DNA from: Beijerinckiaceae bacterium
GTDB lineage: Bacteria > Pseudomonadota > Alphaproteobacteria > Rhizobiales > Beijerinckiaceae
Assembly (NCBI GenBank): GCA_022702195.1
Contig: JAKONB010000402.1
Location: 1-33,250, forward strand
Length of the DNA: 33,250 nt
Direction of reading: 5' to 3'
The notes under the pieces were generated by a model, which searched no databases, was not told the origin of the DNA, and was given only the letters and a program-made list of their open reading frames with translations. Position 1 is the stretch's first letter; each line of letters begins with the position of its first letter. A program made the translations under genes and the position numbers. This document shows positions 1-9,215 of this stretch, one piece after another.

Positions 1-52
1 CCCTCTAGAACACCTGTCGTGATCCGAGGATCACGGCAGGTGTTCTAGAGGG
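1..52. repeat. Long palindromic element (24-bp stem, 4-nt loop, one G-T mismatch) with CTAG near both ends; possible interspersed repeat or terminator downstream of the permease gene
   Basis: CCCTCTAGAACACCTGTCGTGATC-CGAG-GATCACGGCAGGTGTTCTAGAGGG, followed by a second small hairpin CCGGGG-TTT-CCCCGG at 53-67. It may extend beyond the window edge. Confidence 0.7.
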
Positions 53-146
53 CCGGGGTTTCCCCGGTCCTTCCACGTCTCGTCCGGTTGACGGCGCTCC
101 GGCAGGGATGAACGACGACACGGCCTCGATCCCGGCGCTGGCCGCA

Positions 147-1022
147 TCAGCGGACCATGCCCCAGCGCCGCACCGTCACCCGCTCGATGCTCGCGAACAC
201 CCCGTTCTCGACGACGAGGCCGATGCCGATGACCAGGAGCAGACCGGCGAAGACGCGGTCGGTGTAGAGCTCGTTCCGGTTCTGGAAGATGTACCAGCCC
301 AGCCCCCCCTTGCCCGAGGCCGCACCGAAGACGAGTTCGGCCGCGATCAGGGTGCGCCAGGCGAAGGCCCAGCCGATCTTGAGCCCCGAGAGGATCGCCG
401 GCAATGCGGCCGGGATCAGGATCCGCCGGACGTAAGGCAGTCCCTTCAGACCGTAATTGCGCCCGGCCATCCGCAACGTCTCGGGCACGCCCTGGAATCC
501 CGCATAGGTGTTGAGCGCCATCGGCCACAGCACCGCATGGATCAGCACGAAAACGAGGCTCCCGGAGCCGAGGCCGAACCAGAGCAGCGCCAGGGGCAGA
601 AGCGCGATCGCCGGCAGCGGATTGAACATCGCCGTCAGCGTCGAGAGCAGGTCACGGCCGAACTGGGTCGAGACCGCCAGCGTCGTCAGGAGGAAGGCCA
701 GCACGATTCCGACCACGTACCCCTGGGCCAGGATGACGAGGGAGATCCGGACCCGCTCCAGCAACTCGCCGCTGGCCAAGCCATCCACCAGGGCCGACAC
801 GGTGGCGAGGAAGCCGGGCAGCAGAAGGTCGTTGTCCTTCCAGCGGGCGAGCCCCTCCCAGAGCAGGGCGAGGGCTGCCAGGATCAGGCCCTTGCGCAGC
901 CAGCCCTGCTGCCAGAGCCGGGTCGGGAGCGGCAGGATGCGCTCGACCGGGACATCCGTGAAGGGGGCCAGGACGCGATCGTATTCCGGACGGATCGGAG
1001 GCAGGACGCGTGGGTTCGTCAC
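147..1022 (-). CDS. ABC transporter permease, NitT/TauT (SsuC/TauC-like)
   Basis: C-terminal 291 aa of the 147..2954 ORF. GTG start (VTNPRVLPP) overlaps the ATPase stop as GTGA. Multiple TM helices and family segments 'PLPAIALLPL' and 'ILIPAALPAILSGLKIGWAFAWRTLIAAEL'. Confidence 0.9.
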   Translation of the reverse strand: MTNPRVLPPIRPEYDRVLAPFTDVPVERILPLPTRLWQQGWLRKGLILAALALLWEGLARWKDNDLLLPGFLATVSALVDGLASGELLERVRISLVILAQGYVVGIVLAFLLTTLAVSTQFGRDLLSTLTAMFNPLPAIALLPLALLWFGLGSGSLVFVLIHAVLWPMALNTYAGFQGVPETLRMAGRNYGLKGLPYVRRILIPAALPAILSGLKIGWAFAWRTLIAAELVFGAASGKGGLGWYIFQNRNELYTDRVFAGLLLVIGIGLVVENGVFASIERVTVRRWGMVR

Positions 1023-1915
1023 GGGCCGGCCCTCGCTGGGGTGGGATCGGTGTCGAACAGCCGGTCGTGCAGGCGTTGGACCGCCGCCTGGAAATCGCGG
1101 CTCCCGATGCTCGTCAGGTCGAAAGCGTGGCTGTTGACCTCGCTGCGGACCCGTCCGGGATGGGGCGAGAGCAGAGCCACCCGGTTGCCGACCACCAGGG
1201 CCTCCTCGATGGAGTGGGTGACGAACAGCAGCGTGAAGCGGACCTCGTCCCAGAGAGCCAGCAACTCCTCCTGCATCTTGCGGCGGGTGAGCGCGTCCAG
1301 CGCCGCGAAGGGCTCGTCCATCAGCAGCATCTTCGGCTGGGTGGCGAGCGCCCGGGCGATGGCGACGCGCTGTTTCATGCCGCCGGAGAGCTGGTGCGGG
1401 TAGCTGTCGGCGAATTGCGAGAGGCCGACCTTGTCGATGTAGTGCCGCGCCCGCGCCTCCGCCTCCCGCCGCCCGACGATCCCGGTCGCCCGCAGCGGGA
1501 AGGCGACGTTCTGGGCCACCGTCTTCCACGGGGGCAACTGGTCGAATTCCTGGAACACGACGATGCGGTCCGGCCCCGGCTCCGTCACCGGGACGCCGCC
1601 GAGGCGGATCTCGCCCTCCACCGGCCGATGGAATCCGGCCACCGCCTTGAGCAGGGTGGACTTGCCACAGCCGGAGGGGCCGAGCAGGACGAAGCGGTCG
1701 GCCGCGTGGACGTCGAAATCGACGCGGTGCGTGGCGCGGACCACGCGCTCCGGCGTGCGGTATTCCAGGCTGACGCCCCGGACGCTCAGGAGCGGGGATG
1801 CCGCGTCCACCGGCACCGGCGGCGCTGCCATTGCCTCCGCCCGCCCGCCGAAGAACGCGGCCCTCGGCTTCGGATCCCGCGCAGCGAAAGCCGCGCGTGT
1901 GGCGACCAGAGTCAT
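1019..1915 (-). CDS. ABC transporter ATP-binding protein, NitT/TauT (SsuB/TauB-like)
   Basis: Walker A GPSGCGKS, signature LSGGMKQR, Walker B LLMDEPF, H-loop VTH. The true start may be slightly downstream. Confidence 0.93.
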   Translation of the reverse strand: MTLVATRAAFAARDPKPRAAFFGGRAEAMAAPPVPVDAASPLLSVRGVSLEYRTPERVVRATHRVDFDVHAADRFVLLGPSGCGKSTLLKAVAGFHRPVEGEIRLGGVPVTEPGPDRIVVFQEFDQLPPWKTVAQNVAFPLRATGIVGRREAEARARHYIDKVGLSQFADSYPHQLSGGMKQRVAIARALATQPKMLLMDEPFAALDALTRRKMQEELLALWDEVRFTLLFVTHSIEEALVVGNRVALLSPHPGRVRSEVNSHAFDLTSIGSRDFQAAVQRLHDRLFDTDPTPARAGP

Positions 1916-1927
1916 GCGCGCATCCGC

Positions 1928-2974
1928 TCAGCTGCCCGCGGCCACGCGCGGATTGACGAAGAAGTAATCCGTGAGCGTCTTGGGCGCGGTCTTGATGGCG
2001 CCGACCCGGTGCATGAACTGGCCGAGCCCGAGGGTGTTCTGCGGCGCGATCTTGAAGGAAACTTCGGGATTCGTGATCACCTTGAGCAGCAGGTCGCGAT
2101 CGATTCTGCTGGTGTTCGCCTTGATGTAGATGTCCGCCGCCTTCTCCGGATCGGCCGTGATGAACCGCGCCGCCTCGTCGAGCGCATCGACGAAGGCCGC
2201 GTAGGTCTTGGGGCTGTCCCTGTAGAACCCCTCCGTGGCGTAGAGCACGGTGGAGGAGGCCGGGCCGCCCTGCACGTCGTAGGAATTCAGGACGATGTGC
2301 GCGTTGGGGTTCCCGGCCAGTTCCTGCTCCTGGAACGGCGGGTTGCCGAAATGGCCGGTCACTTCGGTGCCGCCCTTGACGATGGCCGCCGTGGCCTCCG
2401 GATGCGGGAGGGCGACGCTGATCGTGTCGAGCCTGGCGAAGTTCTTGTCGCCCCAGAGCTTGGCCGAGGCCCATTGCAGGATGCGCGACTGGACCGAGAC
2501 GCCGACGGCCGGCACCGCGATCCGATCCGCCTCGGTGAAGTCCGCGAGAGTCTTCACCGCGGGGCGGTTGCTGACGAGGTAGTAGGGAAAGTTGCCGAGC
2601 GAAGCGACGCCCTTCACGTTCTGCCGTCCGCGCGTCCGGTCCCAGAGCGTGAACAGGGGGCCGACCCCGGCACCGGCCACCTCGATATTGCCCGACAGCA
2701 GCGCGTCGTTGACGGCCGAGCCGCCCGAGAGCTGCACGTAGTCCACCTTGATGTCGAGACCGGCCGCCTTGCCGTGCTTCTCGATCAGCTTCTGATCCTC
2801 GGCCACGTTCAGCAGCAGGTAGACGACGCCGAACTGCTTGGCGATGCGCAGCTGGCCCTCCGCCGCCGCGACCGGCCCCGCGAGGATTCCGGCGAGGGCG
2901 GCGCCTCCGAGGAAGAGGGCGGCCTGCCTGCGCGAAAGCCATGTGCCAAGCCATGTGCGTCGCGTGCCCGTCAT
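1928..2974 (-). CDS. ABC substrate-binding protein, NitT/TauT/SsuA-NMT1 type
   Basis: N-terminal signal peptide with twin-Arg-like SRRQAALF and an AAA cleavage site; RBS GAGGAG upstream; first gene of the SBP-ATPase-permease operon. Confidence 0.88.
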   Translation of the reverse strand: MTGTRRTWLGTWLSRRQAALFLGGAALAGILAGPVAAAEGQLRIAKQFGVVYLLLNVAEDQKLIEKHGKAAGLDIKVDYVQLSGGSAVNDALLSGNIEVAGAGVGPLFTLWDRTRGRQNVKGVASLGNFPYYLVSNRPAVKTLADFTEADRIAVPAVGVSVQSRILQWASAKLWGDKNFARLDTISVALPHPEATAAIVKGGTEVTGHFGNPPFQEQELAGNPNAHIVLNSYDVQGGPASSTVLYATEGFYRDSPKTYAAFVDALDEAARFITADPEKAADIYIKANTSRIDRDLLLKVITNPEVSFKIAPQNTLGLGQFMHRVGAIKTAPKTLTDYFFVNPRVAAGS

Positions 2975-2989
2975 GTCGCTCCTCGATCC

Positions 2990-3120
2990 TGCGGCCCGCC
3001 AGAAAAAGGCGGTGTAAAACCTCGTTTTATTCTTGCTGGTCAGTCTATTTCTGTCAACAAGAAGGTTGTTTCCAAAAACAAACCGCCAATAGGCAGCGGA
3101 TCTACTATCAAAAGGATGGA
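2990..3120. promoter_or_regulatory. AT-rich promoter region of the first ABC operon
   Basis: Sharp AT-rich intergenic island in a GC-rich background; contains a GAA-N6-TTC box at 3061-3072. Confidence 0.55.
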
Positions 3121-3183
3121 GGGACGATGGTTCTCCCGACCCGCCGCGTGAAAGCCTCGGCTTCCTCGGCGGCCGTGCCGGCA

Positions 3184-3205
3184 GAACCGGCGTCGCCGCC
3201 GGTTC
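3184..3205 (-). terminator. Stem-loop downstream of the cupin gene (possible terminator or mRNA stabiliser)
   Basis: GAACCGGCG-TCGC-CGCCGGTTC is a perfect 9-bp stem 21 nt after the stop codon, but it has no U-tract. Confidence 0.4.
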
Positions 3206-3226
3206 GCCCCACGGCCGGATCCCGCC

Positions 3227-3790
3227 TCACGGATGCTTGTGGATGGGGTCGACCCAATGGACCGTCTCCGGGCGTTCGACCGGGTCGACATCGGTGATGT
3301 TGACCACCACCGCCTCGTTGTCGGAGCGCACCAGCACGCATTGCAGGGGTTCGTCGGGGGAGGCGTTGATCTCCTGGTGCGGCACGTAGGGCGGCACGAA
3401 GATGAAGTCGCCGGGGCCGGCCTCGGCGACGTATTCGAGCCGGTCGCCCCAACGCATCCGGGCGCGGCCCGAGAGCACGAAGATCACGCTCTCCAGGGCG
3501 CCGTGATGATGCACGCCGGTCTTGGCGTCGGGCTCGATCGCCACGGTGCCGGCCCAGATCTTCTGCGCGCCGACGCGGGCATGGTTGATCGCCGCCTGCC
3601 GGAACATGCCCGGGGTCTGGGCGGTGTTGGCGTCGAGCTTGTCGCCGGGGATCACCCGGATGCCGTCGTGCTTCCAGCGGGCCGCCCCGTCGCCTGCAAC
3701 CGGCGTTGCAGTCTCGTGCGGCGTTTCATGGTCGTGCGGATGTTCGTGGTCGTGCGGAGTTTCATGGTCGGGATCGTGCATCGCTCGCAT
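3227..3790 (-). CDS. Cupin-domain protein with a His-rich N-terminal repeat
   Basis: Cupin motif 1 'GVHHHGALESVIFVLSGRARM' and motif 2 'GDFIFVPPYVPHQEIN'. Start is 3790 or 3781. Confidence 0.88.
   Translation of the reverse strand: MRAMHDPDHETPHDHEHPHDHETPHETATPVAGDGAARWKHDGIRVIPGDKLDANTAQTPGMFRQAAINHARVGAQKIWAGTVAIEPDAKTGVHHHGALESVIFVLSGRARMRWGDRLEYVAEAGPGDFIFVPPYVPHQEINASPDEPLQCVLVRSDNEAVVVNITDVDPVERPETVHWVDPIHKHP
3717..3770. repeat. Three 18-bp tandem repeats encoding DHETPH/DHEHPH/DHETPH
   Basis: tgcggcgtttcatggtcg / tgcggatgttcgtggtcg / tgcggagtttcatggtcg. Confidence 0.85.
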
Positions 3791-3806
3791 CCTGTTCGTC
3801 GGCCGC

Positions 3807-4742
3807 TCACCGCACCGCGGCGGGTTGGGAGAGGCCCGTCTCGAAGATCGCGTCGGCCTTCGGCGCGCGTGCCTTCGGGATCAGTCCCGCCCGCACGTAG
3901 AGGTCGATATTGGCCTGCTCGTCGGCAATCACCGCCCGGTCGATCGGAACATGGCGATACTGCGCTCGGCCGAACCAGCGCAGAGGCACGGCCTCCGGCA
4001 GGCCGATGAGCTTCGACCAGACCGTCGCGTAGGGGGCGGGGTCGGTGAGCGCCCAGGCCCGCGCCCTGGCGAGCCGCTCGCCGAAATCGGCGAGCAGGGC
4101 GCGCTTGTCCCTGAGGGCCGCGTGACTCGCCACCGCGAAGCTGAGCCCCGGCGTGATGCCGTTGCCGTCGCGCAGGACCCGCACCAACCCGGCGAGTTCG
4201 GCGGTGGAGGTGTAGGGTTCCCAGGTCGCCCAGGCATCGACGCTGCCCGAGGCCAGGGCGATCTTGGCGTCGGCCGGCGGCAGGAAATTCAGCGTCACGC
4301 TGTCGGCGGGCATCCCGGCCTCCTCAAGGGCGGCCAGTACCACCTGATGACCGATCGAACCCCGGTTCGTCGCGATACGCTTGCCCTTGAGGTCGGCGAC
4401 CGTGCGGATCGGCGAATCCTTCGCCACCAGGATCGCGAGACCGTCCTGCCGGTTCCGGAAGGCCAGGAAGGCTTTGACCGGCACGCCCGCGGCGGCGGCG
4501 AAGGTGAAGGGCGCGTCCCCCACGCCACCGGCATCGATCGCACCCGCGTTCAACGCTTCGAGCAGGGGGGCGGCGGCCGGGAACTCGCTCCAGGCGAGGG
4601 TATAGGGCAGATCGCCGAGGACGCCGGCGGCCTCCATCAGGGCGCGGGCATTGCCGCGCTGGTCGCCGACCCGGAGGACGTCCTCGGCCCGCGCCGGGAC
4701 GAGGATGCCGAGAAGCGCCAGCATAGTAAGGAGCGCGCGCAT
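3807..4742 (-). CDS. Aliphatic-sulfonate-type ABC substrate-binding protein (SsuA-like)
   Basis: Signal peptide; 'WSEFPAAAPLLEALNAGAIDAGGVGDAP', 'DLKGKRIA..RGS.GH' and 'VDAWATWEPY' are typical SsuA segments. ATG overlaps the upstream stop (TGATG). Confidence 0.88.
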   Translation of the reverse strand: MRALLTMLALLGILVPARAEDVLRVGDQRGNARALMEAAGVLGDLPYTLAWSEFPAAAPLLEALNAGAIDAGGVGDAPFTFAAAAGVPVKAFLAFRNRQDGLAILVAKDSPIRTVADLKGKRIATNRGSIGHQVVLAALEEAGMPADSVTLNFLPPADAKIALASGSVDAWATWEPYTSTAELAGLVRVLRDGNGITPGLSFAVASHAALRDKRALLADFGERLARARAWALTDPAPYATVWSKLIGLPEAVPLRWFGRAQYRHVPIDRAVIADEQANIDLYVRAGLIPKARAPKADAIFETGLSQPAAVR

Positions 4743-5845
4743 CAGGCAGCTTTCGTGGTGGCGGCGCGGCGGGCGAGCTGCGCCCGGAACGCCGGGAGCA
4801 GCGCGCGGCCATACTGGATCGCGTCCTCCAGCGGGTCGAAGCCGCGGATCAGGAAGGTCCGCACGCCGAGGTCGTGATAATCGAGCAGGGCTTCGGCGAC
4901 CTGATCCGGCGTGCCCACCAGGGCGGTGGAGTTGCCGGCCGCCCCCGTCTCGGCGGCGATCGCGGTGTAAAGGCGCTTGTCGAGGCGGGTGCCGCTGGCG
5001 GCGGCGGCGAGGAGCCGTCGCGCGCCCTCGTTCGGCGGAGTGGCGGCGGGGCCGAGCCCCTTGGCCGCGCGCACCGCCCGGGTCCGGGCGAGGATCGCCT
5101 CAGCCCGCGCCCAGGCCGCGTCCTCGGTATCGGCGAGGATCGGCCGGAACGACAGGCTGAACCGGGGCTCGCGGCCATAGGGAGAAGCCGCCGCGCGGAC
5201 CCTGGCGATCAGGTCGCGAACCTGATCCAGCGTCTCGCCCCAGAGGGCGTAGGTATCGGCGTGGCGCCCAGCCACCTCGAGGGCGGCGGGCGACGCGCCG
5301 CCGAAGAACACCGGGATGCCGGTCGCGTCCACCGGCTTCACCTCCGAAAACCCCTGCTCAACCTGATAGAAGGTGCCGGCGTAGTCGAACGGCGTGTCCG
5401 AGGTCCAGGACAGGCGGGCGATGTCGAGAAATTCACGCGTCCGCGCATAGCGCGCGTCCTTGGTCAGGTGATCGCCGTCGCGGGCCAGATCCCGGTCGTC
5501 GCCACCGCTGATCGCGTGGAGCGCGATGCGCCCGCCGGTGAGCTGGTCCAGGCTCGCGAATTGCCGCGCCGCCACCGTCGGGGCGGTGAACCCGGTGCGG
5601 TGGGCGATCATCAGGCCGATCCGCTGCGTCACCGCCGCGATCCGAGCAGCGATCAGCAGAGGGTCCGGTGCCGTCGCATAGGCGGCGACGAGGACACGAT
5701 CGAAGCCGCCAGCTTCGTGCGCCCGGGCGAGACGATCCAGGTAGTCGCGGTCGATCGCCGAACCTTCCGCCGGATGGATCTCGGAGGTAAGGCGCGGCGC
5801 CACGAAGCCGATGAATTCGACCGTGTCGGCAGGGAGGTGGCTCAT
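4742..5845 (-). CDS. LLM-class (luciferase-like) FMNH2-dependent monooxygenase, SsuD/MsuD/SfnG superfamily
   Basis: 'AHEAGGFDRVLV', 'AARQFASLDQLTGGRIALHAISG', 'PVFFGGASPAA', 'ALVGTPDQVAEALLDY.DLGV..F'. Start set at MSHLP (RBS CAGGAG) instead of 6097. Confidence 0.9.
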   Translation of the reverse strand: MSHLPADTVEFIGFVAPRLTSEIHPAEGSAIDRDYLDRLARAHEAGGFDRVLVAAYATAPDPLLIAARIAAVTQRIGLMIAHRTGFTAPTVAARQFASLDQLTGGRIALHAISGGDDRDLARDGDHLTKDARYARTREFLDIARLSWTSDTPFDYAGTFYQVEQGFSEVKPVDATGIPVFFGGASPAALEVAGRHADTYALWGETLDQVRDLIARVRAAASPYGREPRFSLSFRPILADTEDAAWARAEAILARTRAVRAAKGLGPAATPPNEGARRLLAAAASGTRLDKRLYTAIAAETGAAGNSTALVGTPDQVAEALLDYHDLGVRTFLIRGFDPLEDAIQYGRALLPAFRAQLARRAATTKAA

Positions 5846-5870
5846 GGGAATCTCCTGATCTCGCGCTCGC

Positions 5871-7013
5871 TCAGACACCGAGGGCGGTGCGACCCGCGGC
5901 CGTGCGCACCGCGTCCCCCTGCGGCCAGTGGATGCGCGCGCAGAGCACGTCGCGCAGGTACCGCTCCAGCGGATTGCTGCGCGTGAGGCCTGGATTGCCG
6001 GACAGTTCGACGGCCCGCTGGACCAAGGCGACGGCGTTCTCGGTGACGGTGATCTTGAGGAAGCCCGCGTCGCGCGGGGTGGGCAAGCGCCCGGCATCGA
6101 CCTCCGCGGCGATGCCGGCGATCAGCCGGGCGTTCACCGCGAGCAGGCGCTCGTTCTCGCCAATCGCCTCCTGGAAGCGCGGGAGCGTCGCCAGCGGCGC
6201 CCCGAGGCTGCCGGGCTTGCGCTCGGAGACGAAGCGGATGAGCCACGCCTGCGCGGCCCGCGCGACGCCCTCATAGAGCGCGGCCAGCAAGGTGCAGCTC
6301 CAGGCCTGCTGGAGCGGATCGGGCTTGCGCCAATCGTCCGGCGCCCGCAGGTCGACGGCGTGGTCGGCCGGGACGGCGACGTCGTCCAGCAGGACATCGT
6401 GGCTGCCGCTCGCCCGCAGGCCGAGATGGTCCCAGGTTTCCACGATCCGCAGGCCGGGGGAGCCCAGCGGCACGAGAAAGTTGCCGATGCGCGGCTCGGC
6501 CTCGTCGGTGCGGGCGAAGACCAGCCCGTAGGTCAGCGCCGGGGAGCCGGTGGCGTAGATCTTCCGCCCGGTGATCCGCCAGCCCGCCTCGGAGCACCGA
6601 GCCACCGTCTCCGGCATGCCGCCGCGGGCCGGGGTGCCGAGGTCCGGCTCGACCCGCAATGCATTGATGAGCGCTCCGCGCTCCGTCGCCGCACGGCCGA
6701 CCGCGTCGGCAATGTCCCGCGGCCAGGCGGCATGGGTGTGGATCAGGCCGTGCTGCAGGAACTGCATGGCGAGGACGAGCGCGGTGGCCGGATCGCCTTC
6801 GGCGATGATCCGGACAACTTCGGCCGCACGGGAGAGACCGGCGGCGGCTCCTCCGAGCCGGCGCGGCACGGCCAGACCCAGCACGCCCGCTTCGCGCAGG
6901 GCCGCGATGTTCTCGTGGGAGAAGCGGCCGGTGCGGTCATACTCCGACGCTCGGCCCGCGAAGGCGCGGGCGAGGGCCGAAACGGTTTCGGTCGGGGAGA
7001 CGGGGGCGTTCAT
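5871..7013 (-). CDS. Acyl-CoA-dehydrogenase-fold flavoprotein, probably a DszC/SfnB/MsuC-type monooxygenase
   Basis: 'GWRITGRKIYATGS', 'WDHLGLRASGSHDV', 'PLERYLRDVLCARIH'. It has His instead of the IYEG catalytic Glu of true ACADs. Start set at MNAPV. Confidence 0.85.
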   Translation of the reverse strand: MNAPVSPTETVSALARAFAGRASEYDRTGRFSHENIAALREAGVLGLAVPRRLGGAAAGLSRAAEVVRIIAEGDPATALVLAMQFLQHGLIHTHAAWPRDIADAVGRAATERGALINALRVEPDLGTPARGGMPETVARCSEAGWRITGRKIYATGSPALTYGLVFARTDEAEPRIGNFLVPLGSPGLRIVETWDHLGLRASGSHDVLLDDVAVPADHAVDLRAPDDWRKPDPLQQAWSCTLLAALYEGVARAAQAWLIRFVSERKPGSLGAPLATLPRFQEAIGENERLLAVNARLIAGIAAEVDAGRLPTPRDAGFLKITVTENAVALVQRAVELSGNPGLTRSNPLERYLRDVLCARIHWPQGDAVRTAAGRTALGV

Positions 7014-7528
7014 CCGGGGCGGGCGATCCAGGCAAAGGCCGCGTCCCATCCGGAGCGGACGAGAGCGACGACAGTCGTAGAAAGTCCTGCCGGGGCGCCA
7101 CGAAGTCAACGAAACGGTATTCTTAATCCAGAACCGATCCGAGAAAGACGGTCTCCCATTCAGGGGGCGACCGAAGAATGATTGCTTTAATTTGCTGGGG
7201 GAAACCGTGTGCGGCGAAGCCGATCCGATAAGGGCGGCCGGGCATCGCGAGGCGGATCCAAAGGCAGGCCGACTCAGGATCGGCGTTCGAACGCCCCATA
7301 TTGTCTCCGATCCGCCGGAGGGATGGCCGAGGCGTGGTTCCTCGGCTCGACGATCCCGAGCTTCTCCGCCGCCGCTCAGGAATAGGATGATCGCCACGTA
7401 GAGGCGCCATAATTCAAAATACCATTCTGTTGTAAGCTGCCCCCCACGTCACTTACGATCGCGAACAGCTTTAAAAATCCGTCACGTCGCACCACGCGAC
7501 GGCGACCTCATCTGTTCAGCGCCCCAAC
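7014..7528. promoter_or_regulatory. Divergent promoter region between the monooxygenase operon and the osmC-ABC operon
   Basis: 515-bp intergenic stretch with two AT-rich blocks (about 7080-7200 and 7380-7480). Confidence 0.6.
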
Positions 7529-8056
7529 ATGACTGATCTCAACGCGTATCTCGCGCAGAAACGAACGGCTCTCGACCGGCGTCGGGAGCGCATCGGGCGC
7601 GGCGAGGTTGGCCCGGTGGCACTCAAAGCCGAGGCGACGGTGGAGGGGCGCAGCGGCGTGCGGCGCATCCGCATCCGGGACCACGCGGTGATCAGCGACA
7701 GCCTGCCCGATTTCGCCGGTTACGACCTCGGACCGGGCTCGCCCGAATTGCAGCTCGGCGTCCTCGGCTCCTGCCTCGCCCATTCCTTCCTGATCCAGGC
7801 GGCGGCCCTGGGCGTCCCGCTCGACTCCGTCACGGTGGAGTTGACGGCGACCTTCGATCCACGCTCCGGGGAGGCCGGGTACGAGGATGTACCGGTCCCG
7901 CCCCACGACCTCGCCTACACGGTCGGCCTTGCCTCGAGCGCGAGCGAGGCCGAACTCGATGCGCTGCATGCCCGGGTAGACCGCGCCTGCCCGATCCTGA
8001 ACCTGTTGCGGGGGCCGCAAGCCATCCGGGGCCGGATCGTGCGCATCGCCGCCTGA
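7529..8056 (+). CDS. OsmC/Ohr-family protein
   Basis: 'GPGSPELQLGVLGSCLAHS' and 'RACPILNLL' supply the two conserved OsmC-family cysteines. Confidence 0.85.
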   Translation: MTDLNAYLAQKRTALDRRRERIGRGEVGPVALKAEATVEGRSGVRRIRIRDHAVISDSLPDFAGYDLGPGSPELQLGVLGSCLAHSFLIQAAALGVPLDSVTVELTATFDPRSGEAGYEDVPVPPHDLAYTVGLASSASEAELDALHARVDRACPILNLLRGPQAIRGRIVRIAA

Positions 8057-8109
8057 TCCCATCGCCCTGCACCTGCCGAGATGGGTCCCGCGCGGCCCAG
8101 GAGACGACC

Positions 8110-9207
8110 ATGCCCGAGACCGAACTGCATCCGTCCCACCCAGACGCCACCCTGTCGCGCCGCCGCCTCCTGCGGGCGGGGATGAGCGCCGCGGCGGCCT
8201 TGCCCCTCGGCTTCGTGACGAGCACCGGCCGCGCCTGGGGGCCGGGACCCGGAACGCCGTTCGATCCCGGCCCGCTCTGCAGACCGACCGCCGCCGAGGC
8301 AGCCACCGGCCCGTTGCGGCCGATCAAGCTCGCTTGGAACGCCAACGCCATCTGCACGGCCGCCGCTCCCGTAGCCAAGGAGCGCGGGATCTTCGCCCGG
8401 CACGGGCTCGACGTGGATTTCGTGAATTTTGGCGGCTCCACCGAGGTGCTGCTGGAGGCGATCGCCACCGGCAAGGCGGATGCCGGCATCGGCATGGCCC
8501 TGCGCTGGCTGAAACCGATGGAGCAGGGCTTCGACGTGAAGATCACCGCCGGCCTGCATGGCGGATGCCTGCGGCTCCTCGGGGCGAAATCCGCCAACGT
8601 CACCGACATCGCGTCCCTGAAGGGCAAGACGATCGCCATCAGCGACCATGCGAGCCCTGCCAAGAACTTCTTTGGCCTGCTGCTGGCCGATGCGGGCCTC
8701 GATCCCGAGCGCGATGTCGAGTGGCGGCCCTACCCGGCGGACCTCCTCAACCTCGCGGTGGAGAAGGGTGAGGCTCAGGCGCTGGCGGATTCGGACCCGC
8801 GCACCTGGATCTGGCTCAAGGATCCGCGGCTCACCGAAGTCGCCACCAACCTGTCCGGCATCTACGCCACGCGCTCCTGCTGCGTGGTGGCTGTGCGCGG
8901 CTCCCTCATCCGCAACGACCGGGCCGTGGCCGGCGCCCTGACGCGGGCCGTTCTGGAGGGCGGACACCGCGTCCAGGACGATCCGACGGACGCGGCGGCG
9001 ATCTTTGGCAATTACGGCGGCAAGGGTTCGGTGGAGGATCTCGCCGCCATGCTGTGCAGCCAGACCCACCAGCACCGCCCCGTCGGAGCCGACCTGAAGC
9101 AGGAACTCGTCCTCTACGGCGACGAGCTGAAGCGGGTGAACGTACTGCGCCGAACCACCGACACGGCGAAGTTCGCCGAGCGCATCTATGCCGACGTGCT
9201 GAGCTGA
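8110..9207 (+). CDS. Tat-exported, Cys-rich NitT/TauT-type ABC substrate-binding protein
   Basis: SRRRLL twin-arginine motif; NMT1-like 'GIFARHGLDVDFV' and 'SLKGKTIAI'; RBS AGGAG; six Cys. Confidence 0.87.
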   Translation: MPETELHPSHPDATLSRRRLLRAGMSAAAALPLGFVTSTGRAWGPGPGTPFDPGPLCRPTAAEAATGPLRPIKLAWNANAICTAAAPVAKERGIFARHGLDVDFVNFGGSTEVLLEAIATGKADAGIGMALRWLKPMEQGFDVKITAGLHGGCLRLLGAKSANVTDIASLKGKTIAISDHASPAKNFFGLLLADAGLDPERDVEWRPYPADLLNLAVEKGEAQALADSDPRTWIWLKDPRLTEVATNLSGIYATRSCCVVAVRGSLIRNDRAVAGALTRAVLEGGHRVQDDPTDAAAIFGNYGGKGSVEDLAAMLCSQTHQHRPVGADLKQELVLYGDELKRVNVLRRTTDTAKFAERIYADVLS

Positions 9208-9215
9208 GGAACACC

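Noticed and set aside
147-2954. 935-aa ORF read as one large fusion protein
   Set aside because: Only the last 291 aa are a permease; the rest is an off-frame read-through of the SBP and ATPase genes with low-complexity Arg/Gly/Pro sequence.
2936-2958. AAGCCATGTGC repeated twice, forming a TTGGCAC sigma-54-like -24 box on the minus strand
   Set aside because: It lies inside the signal-peptide coding region (TWLGTWLS) and has no proper TTGC -12 element.
3717-3770. Short repeats considered as a CRISPR array
   Set aside because: They are contiguous 18-bp coding repeats without spacers, and there are no cas genes.
5871-7013. True fatty acyl-CoA dehydrogenase
   Set aside because: It lacks the IYEG catalytic Glu and sits in an operon with an LLM monooxygenase and an SsuA-like protein.
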